Shown in pieces: positions 36,974 to 51,153 of a DNA stretch of 64,000 nucleotides (positions within the stretch are counted from its first letter, which is position 1; every line of letters begins with the position of its first letter). Under the pieces are notes generated by a model. That model was not told where the DNA came from, did no database searches, and saw only the letters and a list, made by a program, of their open reading frames with translations. The DNA lies in NCBI RefSeq assembly GCF_023055435.1, contig NW_025964372.1, positions 46,438,001 through 46,502,000 of the forward strand, in the 5' to 3' direction. The translations under genes were made by a program, and so were the position numbers. This DNA comes from Haliotis rufescens (taxonomy: Eukaryota).

Positions 36974-38085
36974 TTATACACAAAACACCAGCAGGGACAT
37001 CAGTGCCAGAAGCAGGAAGACCCCGAACAAAACGTGGTCCGAGCGGCGGACCTTTGACGGACGTTCAGTGCTTTTGGGGTTTACGTTGTAGTGTTCTGGC
37101 TGTACATCTGTCTTGGTCTGAAATAGGTGACCGTTATTGCGGACGTTGAGTGTGGCCATGGTGGTGATGATAGCCAGGCAGCTCTGACAGAGGATGAGGG
37201 TCAGGTACACAGACAGTCGACAAACGTCTCCAGACTTGGGGATCGAGTCATTGACGAAGTTCATGAACACTGCATAGGACACAAATATTGAGATGAGGTA
37301 GGACATCTTCTCTCCGGAGTCAGCTGGTAGGAGGAACACACAGGCGTTGAGCAGAGAGAGAAGAGCCATAGGAAAGATGATACTAACTATATAGAACATG
37401 CTCTTGCGTTTCAAACATACTCAAACGATACCAGACTTGATATCTGTTTCATTTGGACGTCTACATTCTTGGCAAGTATGTCAACCAACTCCCATTCATT
37501 GTTCTCAATAAAGAAAGAAGGTAATCCTGTAATATTAGAACCGGTTCTGTCAACTCCAAGATCGAAAGTATTTACAGGCGTAAACAGGATGCTACATCGC
37601 TGCTGATCAAACGGGTACCGAGTGATGTCTATTTGACAACTGGTCTTGAAACTCTCAAGGAATTGAAGTGATGCAATTCCATTACTGGATATCTTTGGAG
37701 ATTGTTCTGAAGCCAAGGTAGCGCTGTCGATACCGTTAGGGATGGCAATGGTCGGTATCCATACAAACTTCTCAGAGATGGTCACTTCCGTAATATTATC
37801 ATAATCAGTTTTGTTCCAAGCCAGATTTGGGTCGAGCCACGTCATGCGGAAACCAGCACTGAAAGTGAATATCTGCTCGGCAGCATTGAGGTTGGAGATG
37901 GACATCAGCAACATACTTATGTTGACCTGTTTGTCATCGGAGAGATCAACACTGATGCCATAAGCATCAGTTTCCCCTTGGAGATATGCCTTCAGTCTTC
38001 CTAATGTCGACTCAGCGCTATCACATATACTGGCGATTGATACTATGACGACTAAGTTAAGGATTTTAGCCGGCATGTAAAACAT
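36974..38085 (-). pseudogene. Chimeric A(5')/B(3') Cys-loop gene with net -1 frameshift at the ECD/TM1 junction; encodes a 224-aa ECD-only ORF (37411-38085) plus a still-open TM1-TM4 frame (36974-37414)
   Basis: GAG TTC TTT TTG AAA of intact copies reads GAG TAT GTT TGA here. Length is 1112 nt versus 1113 expected. The C-terminus TERPSKVRRSDH and 3' flank are B-type. Confidence 0.9.
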
Positions 38086-41000
38086 GATATCAGTGTTCAG
38101 TGGTGATGTTCAAAATGACAGATATTGTCAGGCAGGTCTTTATCCATTTATAATTTTGCTTAAATTGTGACAATGGACCTGTGAACTGGAATACGAGTCA
38201 ACACGTATCACGCAATCAATAATGCTAGGCGCCTTGCGCACACCCATTAGTGAAAATGTAAGCGCTTTATAAACAGATTGATGTTAATGATTCAATAGTA
38301 ATACCTGTCCCCACCTTCATTGGACAAAGCAGTATCTCTGTATAGCACCTACTGCAGTTACGTACAAATAATGGAGGTGGTAATGACAACAGATTGCCGT
38401 GGAAAAAATCTTTTATTAAATGCTCAGTAATCAGTGTTTCCAAAGCACCATTAATATACTTTTTAGTGAAAAGTACTATATGTTTCTTTGCTTTCTGCAA
38501 TATGAGTAGACCGGAAACATTTAAATGCGTCATGTCCCTGAAATGTATGTGCAACGTAAATACGCATTAATGTATTGCCAACGAATTGATTAATGCCATT
38601 GCCTGAGAATATATGTGGCATGCACTTCAATTTGTGCAAAGGAATTACACAGACAACGCATTTAAATGAACCTGGTGCTGGCACGGACGTTACTACACTA
38701 ACATGCGATTAAATATGAAATTAAAGCTGGGGTTAATACAGAGTGAGTGAGTAAGTTAATATTTAACGTAACAGCGGCAATATTTCAGCTATATTATGAC
38801 GAGAAGTTATTCATTAAGAATACATATATTAAGACTAAATAAAAACCTGTCATCGATGGACAGTAAATAACTAGAATATCACAGATTAATACTTAAGACT
38901 AGCTTACAACCATAAAAAGATATCACTATATTCCACAATACAATATGAAAAAGGGCTGTAGATCGCCAGCAACTGAAGGTAGATCACCATACCCGGGGGG
39001 ACTGGTTGCGAATACCAGGTATCATAACTATTTGTTAGTGATTCATTAAGAAACGCTCAAGATATAGTCGGAATTTTTCAATCCAATCTGCTTTATGCAG
39101 AGATTTCTATTGGATATTGAAAGCATTTTGTCGCTTTATTTACAGTACCTTTGCTACATGCATGGATTTACATCATGCCTTCAGCGGCTGGCGTTTGTAT
39201 GTAATGTTACCCACAATTGAAATTACAAATATTCTAGGCTTAAAGGAATAGTAAGCAAAATATTCTTATGAGACGAACAAACGTTATCCTCTCAGGGGAA
39301 CAATAATTTTACACTACTTCAACCCCCTTCGAGGAAATAGCCACTTACAAACTCAGATAGAAATTCATTATACCAATTTTAAAGGTCTTTTATTTCTTAC
39401 AAAACATATGATCAAAATGTATTATACAATTCTTTTTCCTTTAAAAAACAAATAATTAAAAGAGAACTAATATTTTTAAAAATATCCTTTGAAATAATTA
39501 TCACTTGTGATGGAAAAATCCAACACAGTTAAGCAGGACATGCTTGATAGGGTGGTTCTCTCATCTTGGGTTAATGATCAGTGTTGTTTTACAATCACAA
39601 GAGGTGTTACAGATTTGTTGAGTGCTGCTTTTGCACAGTTCGTTGAGGAAGAATTTTTAGCCACAGTTTAACCAAGTTTTTTCGCAATATCAGATTTATC
39701 CGTTAGTGGTACATCCTCATTCTTGAAATGGTGGATGCTGGAATTGGAACTCTTACCTTGTATTTTTCTGAATCATGTTCCATACATTAGACATGGTAAG
39801 TATATTTTTAGACATCAGTTTGCCAAGACGTTGGCGTTTATTTACAATATAGGTAAAAATAAAAGAAATGACGGTATTAAAATTATGGATCATGGGGATG
39901 GCAACGGAAATCGTGTTCAGCCATTTTCCGTGCCTTCCTTGCTTGTTTGTTTGTAGTCATTGTGGTTTGTGGATGTGTAGAATTGCAGAGGACTTTGGAA
40001 TACATTCATCAGCAATTTTGCAAAGTTCATCAGAGAGTATTCGGACATGATCAGGAACGGTTGATAAACAAATCAGGTGTTAATTTTGGTGTGTGGGAGT
40101 GACGTCCATCTCCAGGGGCTGAAACGGATTTATGAACCTCAACAGATGTTCAACAGGAGAAGGCACCGCCAAGTGTTGGAGTGTCCTGGCTTTTCTCCTC
40201 ATCTGCTTTTTAGCCTGTTTTGATAAATGGGCTTCAGCCTGAAATATTTCTATTTCGGTTACAGGGTTTGGTTCTGGTTCTAAGTGGTGATATTTGATCA
40301 GAAGGTATTGATTGAAAGTTTTGTTTGGGTGGCAGATGTCGGTATCATTGGAGAGTTTTGAGAAGTCTGAATGGTGTCATTGATGGTAATTTGTCATTCT
40401 TCAACCAAGAGATAGAAGAGAGATGGTATTGTATGGAGACCATAGTTACTTTGGTTACTGAAACTGGTGAAGAAGAGACGACAGCTGAATAGCTTTTAGA
40501 AGGTGTTTGGGACGGAATGAGCAACTGTTTTGCCACGGTGTAAGAGTGAGTGAGTATGGTTTTACGCCGCTTTTAGCAATATTCCAGCAATATCACGACG
40601 GGGGACACCAGAAATGGGCTTCACACATTGTACCCATGTCGGGAATCGAACCCAGGTCCTCGGCGTGATGAGCGAACGCTTTAACCACTAGGCTACCCGA
40701 CCGCCCCCTTCTGGCAGAGAACTTCATCAAGATTATTATATAATATTCTGATAAAAAAATAGTTTGATATGATATGATATTTCGAAAGTATCAAGTATTC
40801 CATGCACAGGGCATGGAGTGACCAGCCGATTGATAGAATCGGGCCAATTCAACTACACATCGAGGTATAGTAAGGATCAAAGTAGTGTGTGGGGCAAAGG
40901 GGACAGCTGTTCCTGGCTCCAGTGCCGGTAACAACTGGAATCACGTTCTCTATCGACACAGGGGCGCAACCCACGGCAAACAGGTTGCCGAATTCGGTCG

Positions 41001-42755
41001 CCTCTTACGACCAGCAATGGGGTGCTGAGGACATATTCTACCCCGGGGCCTCACGTGGGCTTTTTTGCAGATATTCGTGCTGAGAAACATACATTTGATT
41101 TCTCAACTTTTCAGATGAACATGACATGAATACGAACATTAAACGTTCGGTAGTACAACGGGATGAAGTAGGTGAAGGTATAACTACATGCCAGGTAACC
41201 TTTACTGAGTGCCTTGCAAATCAGAATGAGGAATACTCACAGAAGACAAATATCAGATATTTAATCAGTCGGAAACTCAAGAGAATCTCTTTGATATAGC
41301 TTCGGAAACATTTAAGAACACGCTGATCCGCTCTAAACTTGATTGTGGCTCCATCATCTAAAGTGGGACTTGTAAAACCAATTTAAAATCACTTAATACG
41401 ATTCACCATCAAGGCCTGAGGCTTTGCCCTTGAGCCTTCAGATCTTCGCCAATTAATAGTTTGTATGTGGGAGCGGATGAACCATCCGTTAAACACCGTC
41501 GCATCAGATAATCTTTGCAGTATATCTATGAATTACGTTCTACTTGCTCGAATCCAGCATGTCACTGTGTTTTTCATCTGCGGCTAAAATAAATCTTGAC
41601 AATATAGCCCCCACTCATCTGTTGTCTTCTCCACAATGGCATTTAGTAAACCAGAGGTGGATCTAACATTAACTGAACTAAGGCATTTTGAAACAAATCA
41701 ACTAATTTATCAACGAGAATATAATCAATAAAAAGCTTTTACAATACCTACAAATCTTTACATATAGATCCAAGGATGTTGACAAACAATTTACATATAT
41801 TTTCCGACTCTCTTTCCTGTCTTCATGCAATTAAAAATCAGTCTTCCAAACATCGACTTTTAATCGAAATTCTTGAATGAAATAATTAATGTGCCACTGG
41901 CCAATACGGCATCATTGATTTTTCCATCACAAGGGATACGTATTTAAAATCTTCATCTATTAAGGGTCTTTATAACAGTATTAGTTCTCATTTGTTTATT
42001 GGGTTTTTAATGTATGTAGGAACACATAATTCAAAGTACATTTATTCATACCTCAGTTTTAAACGTATTATATTTGTTTTATAGTCCCCACGGTCCCTAG
42101 AATGGTGCGTAACTTTAGTTGCTGGTGATCTATAACCCATTTATATATTGTATTGTTGAATTCATTCTTTCATATGCTCTCAGTTAGTTTAAAATCAATC
42201 GAAACTGTGTTCCTCTAGTTATTATACTTCCATCGCTAACAGGTTTCATTCAAGCTGAAAATATCTGTATTTTAAATGGCTACGTTCTCGTTACGACATG
42301 GCTAAAATACTGCCGACGTGACGTTAAATTTCGACTCACTCACTTCCTCACTCTTTTTATAGAACTTATATTCTGGTAACAAATTGTCCTACGGCTACCT
42401 TTTCGCAATACCTGTCTTCACCTTTAGAATAACAAAATATACATAGCGATATGATTAGGCATTAAAATTGATGCTGTCTTCAACAAAGAGACTGTGTTCA
42501 TAAGACAGGGGGTAAGTCATTCCTCATTTTAATACTTGTTAAGTTTGTTGAAACAAAATGTTTCAACACAATCTGCTGTGAAATATCAGGTCATATCTAA
42601 TCTTGACATCTGCTAAAATGTTGACAATAAAGGAATTCGTCACGTAGCAAATTGTGAAGGTCTCCAATAGATAAAACTTATAAACCAAGCAGATGGCTCT
42701 TTTTATACTGCGCCCCTCCTACGTTTGGATTGCAGCTCAATCGCACCACAATATA

Positions 42756-43985
42756 TACTGAACAACAGTGACATTGAATAAGATTTAATGCAAAGTTATG
42801 TTTTTAACCAAGTCTGAAACAATTTCGGTTTGCAACAGATAAAAGACTCCTGTAAGTGTTCAAATGGTTTCATTTGCCATACTGACTTCAGAAAATGCGT
42901 GATTTCATAACAAAAACATGAACATGCCAAAATGTCAATTTACAAATCAATAGCTGTGCTGTGCTTTGGGATATCTGTCCATATCCGCTGTTCCTGGAGT
43001 GTCTGTGGAACACGTGGTTGACGTCGAAGGCGCCGATCCATCCCATCCGACATGTGCTCGGTTGGTGAGAGATCAGGGGAGCGAGCCGGCCAGGGGATGA
43101 CGTTCACGTTGTTTTGTTGATGAGAATCCTGAACAAGTCGAGAAATATGAGGCCGGGCGTTGTCATGACACAATGATTGACGTAGCGTTCACCTCGACGT
43201 CAGTACACTCGAATCCGTCCATCGCTGTGGCTGAGGTGAAAACGAGACTCGTCAGTGAATAGAACTTGTCCCCACTGCATTGCCGTCTAGCGTAGACGCT
43301 GTCTGCACCACTGTAGACGTGCTTGACGGTGGTTTCCTGTCGAAATGGGACGTCTGGCAGGTCTTCTGGCGACAATCCCTGCACATCTGCGACGACGACG
43401 TACAATTTGTGAAGATATTCGTCGAAGGCCAGGGATGCTTCTTGCACTCACTGTTGCTGGCTGGAATCGATTTCGTAGGTGTGTTGTTCGAATCCAGTTG
43501 TCTTGTCGATTATTGGTTACGCGTGGCCTCCTACTCCGAGGATGGTCTCTGACTGCATTCGTCTGTTGCCATCGTTGCCATAAACACCAAATGGTGTTTC
43601 TGTGGACGTTAAATTGTCTTGCAACATCACGTTGACTCGATCCTGCTTCAAGCATACCAATGGCTCGCAGACGCTCATTTTCGGACAGGCGTGGCGTTTC
43701 GTAATGTTGAATAATTGCGTAATCTGGTTGTTTTTCTGAGTGGTTGTTGTCAGCACGATGCTTAATAATGCATATGGAATCCCGTTAACGCACATCTATT
43801 TATACCCATTCTTGGGTAGTGAAATGCATGGGGCTTGCATAAAAGTCAACTTTTGCATGGAATGCATGCTTTTCTGTAGCAGTTGCGTTTTTGTGACTTC
43901 CATACATGTACTACAATATTGAAAACCAAACTTGTTTGAAAAAACACTAAAATATTAGTGTCACAGGAACTTTTGTTGTTGAGTA
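42756..43985 (-). mobile_element. Tc1 transposon relic (paralogous insertion)
   Basis: +10,068 copy of 32688-33917. Confidence 0.88.
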
Positions 43986-44268
43986 TATAATATAGTGCAA
44001 AGGTGACACCTTAGAAAACATTAGGATGGGAGGGAACAGCAATGAAACTAAAAAAGCACACGGGATAACTCTACCGGCAGTGAAACTTAATTTCTTTGAA
44101 ATGGTGATCATTTGTGATTTATATGGGCTACAATTAATCTATCCCACATTGAATTACAAATAAAAGCAACAATACTCATTCCATATCCGTAAGAAATCTC
44201 GCCAAAAAGCAGAGTCGATTCTGACAAAATCCCGATCACATGTTAATAAATCACAATCAAATAGTTAA

Positions 44269-46173
44269 AGGGGCACTGATCTAAAACAATACCCCGGGAC
44301 TGGTTGTTGCCTTTGTTATTGTTCTTTCCCGTGAGTACCGCATGATATAGCAGAGACCTAGACTAGTTCGCAACCTGTGCTGCGCATTTGTCACTTTTAT
44401 TGATAGTATAAGGGCGTATGGTCACATTGATCAACAAAATGAAATACAGTTTTGGAAATAATAAGGAAATGTAGGTATCGTTGTGGGTAGCATCGGTAAT
44501 GGTGACGAAGTTTTGATAAGTCACTTGCTTGGTAATTGTGCGATTTTCGTTTACACTACTTTGACTTGCTACACAAAGTAAATATTTCTCCTGAGCATTG
44601 CTTATTTTATTGTGTTTATATTTTTACAGTCAAAATGTGCAAAATTTTACACTTAGGAAATTTGTTAAACGCCTGAATATTCAGTTATTTTACAAATTGA
44701 CTGAAAAATATGTCCATCTGTATTATTATGACAACGAATTCAAAACATTTTAATGTTTAATATGATCACCAAGAGACTGAAAAGTTACGATGAAAAATAC
44801 ATTTCTATATTGTTTGGCTTCTAATCCAACATAATAATATATTGTGATGTTTTTAGGCCCTATTGATCGTCTTAATTAATTTTGGTCAATCTGTTAAAGA
44901 AATGGACAGATTTTTCAGTCGAAATGACTTAAATATTCACACATTTTATAAATTGCCTGAGAGAATCACATTTTGCAACTTGACTGTAATATACAATGGA
45001 AAAGACTTGTGAAAACAACGTCTATCGCGCATCGAAGAATTTCCCAACCAAGACGTAGAGGAACAAGAATGTACAAAGAAACGTTATCGATGTCACGTGT
45101 CTCTGTAACAATCAAATATTTTAAAATATATACATCGTTTCGGGATATTATAACCTGTGTTCGTTTCTGATCACTTAGATTGTTTCAGGTGTTTCACATA
45201 GGTGTCAAGTCTCATAGGTCGGCTTAGAAAGCCCACGTGACAACTATTTTCATAACGTCCACGGTTCCTAAAGAAAATTCCATTGAGTTAGATAACAATG
45301 AGCAATTAATCAACGTAGTGTCGGTTAACCCTTTGAACAAAGTATGTTGTTTTTACATCGGCACTTCACGCAAGGATATGAGAATATTCCCTTTGTTTTA
45401 GTAAACCCAGACATGTAAATACTCACTTTTGACACTATCCACCGTGCAAGATAACAGTGGTTAATCAATCAATGTATTTTCTGTTAATCCTTTGATGACT
45501 ACGAACGATCCGCTGATTTACAAAAAAAGTAAATCAACTGATCATTCATCTCTTGCTGGGGTGCCACGTGCATATTTACATAACACACATTTCACCTCAC
45601 TTCAAACCTGGATTTAGATTGAATAATTACCCCAGACACTATAAATGCCAAATGGGAAGCTTCCTCAGGTATTCGGAGTGATGCTACCACTAATTATACC
45701 TGTAATAAATTCATTAACTGAGCATCAAGTGAATGACGACAAATACGCAAGTGTAGGGTTATACCAGAAAACGTGGATGACAACAAGGGAGTAGTAATGG
45801 TATTATCGACGCAATCCGAAATCCGAAAATGCTTTCACTGCATTGATCCTTTTTTTAAACGATAACAAATCAAGGGTGTTTCCAAATGGCGACAACCGAT
45901 GATCTCCGCCGTTCTTTTTGTCTGTTTGTTTAGGCTGAAGAAATTAATAAACATGCGCCTTTGTCGAAATCTTTATAGATCACAGTTAACCAATCAGTGT
46001 CCAAAATGGGTAAAACAAATATTGCCTCCAAGTTTATTTTGCTGTCCTTGCAGACGGTAGCCCAGTCTCTTGTCACGTTCAGTTGCGTTGCGTATCATCC
46101 GGGTGCTTACGGGGAAAAAACAATAACAAAGGCAACAACCAGTCCCGGGGAATTGCTTTAGATCAGTGCCCCT
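44269..46173. mobile_element. Kolobok-like TIR element (paralogous insertion)
   Basis: +10,068 copy. Confidence 0.85.
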
Positions 46174-47041
46174 TTAAAGTACAAGTGTTCGCAAAAAGGT
46201 AAGCGTGTCGCGCGCCCGCCACAAACACATGCAAGTCAAATCAACTGTTCACAAGAAAACACACAGGAACATGTTGCACAACACCATAAAGATAATTGCA
46301 TCGGACATCATGTTTACTCATTGATGCGTCAAATTTGGAAATGTCCACATGTGACGTGATACAAACAAGAAGTACGAATAACTTTATTTAAAAAACAGAA
46401 ACAGACATGGAAGAAAAGGGAATATTTGTATAAATGCTAAATGAGCTAAATTTGTAGTCCTCTGGTATTCTGTACTCATAGACCATCTAACGTTAACGTA
46501 CATGAATCTCAAATTGGATAATCCAATAAATAGCCAGGATGTAGCTACATTTATTTTCTCTTTTGATCACAAAGCCTACCGCTGGTACATGAAAATCCGA
46601 AAACCAAATGTTTGGCAAAGATAAAATTACAATCGTTTTGTGTGTGTTTTCATGTCATGGCGGATTTGATTATTTGCAGGTTATTAATGGTTTTGAATAG
46701 TGATGACAGTACTGCTAATCAAACTTTCTAATTTCCCAAATCATTTTAAACAACATAGTACTCACTGTAAGCACATGGTTCAGAAAGTCACATTGAAGGC
46801 AACAAGAGAGTCACACTAGCCTACACACATGCCACTGATCATAGAGTAAATAATTACTGAAGGAATCGACGTGTCACATTAAATCACTGCAAATCCACGT
46901 TTGAAAAGCTTATCACAACGGAGGCATTCCCTAACACAGTGGGGGGGGATCGGACGTCGAGCTCCGGACGAGTTCCTTCTTATACCCCAAACACCAGCAC
47001 GGACATCATGATCAGTGCCAGGGCTCCAGACAAATGTCGCC

Positions 47042-48153
47042 TTATACACAAAACACCAGCAGGGACATCAGTGCCAGAAGCAGGAAGACCCCGAACAAAA
47101 CGTGGTCCGAGCGGCGGACCTTTGACGGACGTTCAGTGCTTTTGGGGTTTACGTTGTAGTGTTCTGGCTGTACATCTGTCTTGGTCTGAAATAGGTGACC
47201 GTTATTGCGGACGTTGAGTGTGGCCATGGTGGTGATGATAGCCAGGCAGCTCTGACAGAGGATGAGGGTCAGGTACACAGACAGTCGACAAACGTCTCCA
47301 GACTTGGGGATCGAGTCATTGACGAAGTTCATGAACACTGCATAGGACACAAATATTGAGATGAGGTAGGACATCTTCTCTCCGGAGTCAGCTGGTAGGA
47401 GGAACACACAGGCGTTGAGCAGAGAGAGAAGAGCCATAGGAAAGATGATACTAACTATATAGAACATGCTCTTGCGTTTCAAACATACTCAAACGATACC
47501 AGACTTGATATCTGTTTCATTTGGACGTCTACATTCTTGGCAAGTATGTCAACCAACTCCCATTCATTGTTCTCAATAAAGAAAGAAGGTAATCCTGTAA
47601 TATTAGAACCGGTTCTGTCAACTCCAAGATCGAAAGTATTTACAGGCGTAAACAGGATGCTACATCGCTGCTGATCAAACGGGTACCGAGTGATGTCTAT
47701 TTGACAACTGGTCTTGAAACTCTCAAGGAATTGAAGTGATGCAATTCCATTACTGGATATCTTTGGAGATTGTTCTGAAGCCAAGGTAGCGCTGTCGATA
47801 CCGTTAGGGATGGCAATGGTCGGTATCCATACAAACTTCTCAGAGATGGTCACTTCCGTAATATTATCATAATCAGTTTTGTTCCAAGCCAGATTTGGGT
47901 CGAGCCACGTCATGCGGAAACCAGCACTGAAAGTGAATATCTGCTCGGCAGCATTGAGGTTGGAGATGGACATCAGCAACATACTTATGTTGACCTGTTT
48001 GTCATCGGAGAGATCAACACTGATGCCATAAGCATCAGTTTCCCCTTGGAGATATGCCTTCAGTCTTCCTAATGTCGACTCAGCGCTATCACATATACTG
48101 GCGATTGATACTATGACGACTAAGTTAAGGATTTTAGCCGGCATGTAAAACAT
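47042..48153 (-). pseudogene. Second copy of the frameshifted A/B chimera (224-aa ECD ORF 47479-48153; TM frame 47042-47482)
   Basis: Identical translations to 36974-38085, offset exactly 10,068 bp. Confidence 0.9.
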
Positions 48154-50344
48154 GATATCAGTGTTCAGTGGTGATGTTCAAAATGACAGATATTGTCAGG
48201 CAGGTCTTTATCCATTTATAATTTTGCTTAAATTGTGACAATGGACCTGTGAACTGGAATACGAGTCAACACGTATCACGCAATCAATAATGCTAGGCGC
48301 CTTGCGCACACCCATTAGTGAAAATGTAAGCGCTTTATAAACAGATTGATGTTAATGATTCAATAGTAATACCTGTCCCCACCTTCATTGGACAAAGCAG
48401 TATCTCTGTATAGCACCTACTGCAGTTACGTACAAATAATGGAGGTGGTAATGACAACAGATTGCCGTGGAAAAAATCTTTTATTAAATGCTCAGTAATC
48501 AGTGTTTCCAAAGCACCATTAATATACTTTTTAGTGAAAAGTACTATATGTTTCTTTGCTTTCTGCAATATGAGTAGACCGGAAACATTTAAATGCGTCA
48601 TGTCCCTGAAATGTATGTGCAACGTAAATACGCATTAATGTATTGCCAACGAATTGATTAATGCCATTGCCTGAGAATATATGTGGCATGCACTTCAATG
48701 TGTGCAAAGGAATTACACAGACAACGCATTTAAATGAACCTGGTGCTGGCACGGACGTTACTACACTAACATGCGATTAAATATGAAATTAAAGCTGGGG
48801 TTAATACAGAGTGAGTGAGTAAGTTAATATTTAACGTAACAGCGGCAATATTTCAGCTATATTATGACGAGAAGTTATTCATTAAGAATACATATATTAA
48901 GACTAAATAAAAACCTGTCATCGATGGACAGTAAATAACTAGAATATCACAGATTAATACTTAAGACTAGCTTACAACCATAAAAAGATATCACTATATT
49001 CCACAATACAATATGAAAAAGGGCTGTAGATCGCCAGCAACTGAAGGTAGATCACCATACCAGGGGGGACTGGTCGCGAATACGTGGTATCATAACTATT
49101 TGTTAGTGATTCATTAAGAAACGCTCAAGATATAGTCGGAATTTTTCAATCCAATCTGCTTTATGCAGAGATTTCTATTGGATATTGAAAGCGTTTTGTC
49201 GCTTTATTTAGAGTACCTTTGCTACCTGCATGGATCCCAGCAGGATTTACATCATGCCTTCAGCGGCTGGCGTTTGTACGTAATGTTACCCACAATTGAA
49301 ATTACAAATATTCTACGCTTAAAGGAATAGTAAGCAAAATATTCTTATGACACGAACAAACGTTATCCCCTCAGGGGAACAATAATTTTACACTACTTCA
49401 ACCCCCTTCGAGGAAATAGCCACTTACAAACTCAGATAGAAATTCATTATACCAATTTTAAAGGTCTTTTATTTCATACAAAACATATGATCAAAATATA
49501 TTATACAATTCTTTTTCCTTTAAAAAACAAATAATTAAAAGAGAACTAATATTTTAAAAAATATCCTTTGAAATAATTATCATTTGTGATGGAAAAATCC
49601 AACATAGTTAAGCAGGACATGCTGATAGGGTTGTTCTCTCATCTTGGGTTAATGAGCAGTGTTGTTTTACAATCACAAGAGGTGTAACAGATTTGTTGAG
49701 TGCTGCTTTTGCATAGTTCGTTGAGGAAGAAATTTTAGCCACAGTTTAACCAAGTTTTTTCGCAATATCAGATTTATCCGTTAGTAGTACATCCTCATTC
49801 TTGAAATGGTGGATACTGGAATTGGAACTCTTACCTTGTATTTTTCTGAATCATGTTTCATTCATTAGACATGGTAAGTATATTTTTAGATATAAGTTTG
49901 CCAAGACGTTGGCGTTTATTTACAATATAGGTAAAAATAAAAAAATGACGGTATTAAATTAAAATTATGGATCATGGGGATGGCAACGGAAATCGTGTTC
50001 AGCCATTTTCTGTGCCTTCCTTGCTTGTTTGTTTGTAGTCATTGTGGTTTGTGGATGTGTGGAATTGCAGAGGAATTTGGAATACATTCATGAGCAATTT
50101 TGCAAAGTTCATCAGAGAGTATTCGGACATGATCAGGAACGGTTGATAAACAAATCAGGTGTTAATTTATTTGAGGACAGTATTCCAAACAAAGGCCACT
50201 TTGTCTTCATAAAGTTCCGTCTTGATCATAGAGGAACACCAGATGGGGTAAACGTTTTTAGAAAGGTTGGAAAGTGGTCACTCGAAAAGAGGTCATCGTC
50301 GACTCATCACTCAAATTCATTCAACAGATTACAGTCTGTAATGG

Positions 50345-51153
50345 TTGGTTGGTTTGCTGTTAAACGCAACACTCAGCAATATTAAAGCTATATGACGGCG
50401 GTGTGTAAATAATCGAGTCTGGACTAGACAGTCCAGTGATTAATATCATGAGCGAGTTGGATTAAACTCTGCTTTTAACATTATTCCAGTTATATCACGG
50501 TGTGCCAGCTTAATGTGGGAGGAAAGCCCGAAGTGATGCAGGTCTCGGACGTTTACCACTTCGTTGAAAGCCACGAGCACGGGTATGGTGCTGACAAACC
50601 TAGAAACATAATCGGAGCGAACCGGGATTCCAAGAATCATAGGTTTCTGGCGTGCCCAAGGGACGCACCTCTGCGCAGCGAACCGCGGCGCATTAGACAA
50701 CTGGGCTACGCGTGCCCCCGAGTAATATCATGAGCATTGACCCACGCAATTTGGTGAGGTGAGATGAAATGGGGTTTAACGTCGCGTCCAAGATTATTGC
50801 ACTTATATAGCGACGTGCATGTACGTGTGTGTGTGTTTGTGTGGCTGCTTGTACTAGTCCCGACTGATGCCGATTTATAGTGCTAGCTCACTGAGATAAC
50901 ATGCCACAGTTTAACATGAATACCCCACTCAGACACAGGATCTTGACTCCAAGCCGACCAGTCCTTGTTTTCGCCCCTTAATGCCGAGCGCCAGACAGGG
51001 TACCAACAAGTACTATCTTTTCACGTCTTTTAGAATGACGCGGTCGGGTATCGAACCCCGGACCTTCCGCTCTCCGGGCGGACGCTCTACCACTAGACCA
51101 CGGAGGCGGTCCCACGCAATTTGGATCCATGACATGCATCAACCAAGTCATAG
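50345..51153 (-). mobile_element. Nested SINEs: family 3 host with family 2 (50454-50722) and family 4 (50755-51110)
   Basis: TSDs AGTCTGTAATGG (host), TAATATCATGAGC (family 2) and CCCACGCAATTTGG (family 4). Confidence 0.9.

Larger units (their letters stand above)
28645..38712. repeat. Tandem duplication unit 1 (period 10,068 bp)
   Basis: ORF pairs offset by exactly 10,068 (29655/39723, 33219/43287, 36974/47042); only a handful of substitutions seen by eye. Boundaries approximate. Confidence 0.93.
38713..49060. repeat. Tandem duplication unit 2 (near-identical to ~28645-38990)
   Basis: As above; identity drops after ~49060. Confidence 0.93.
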
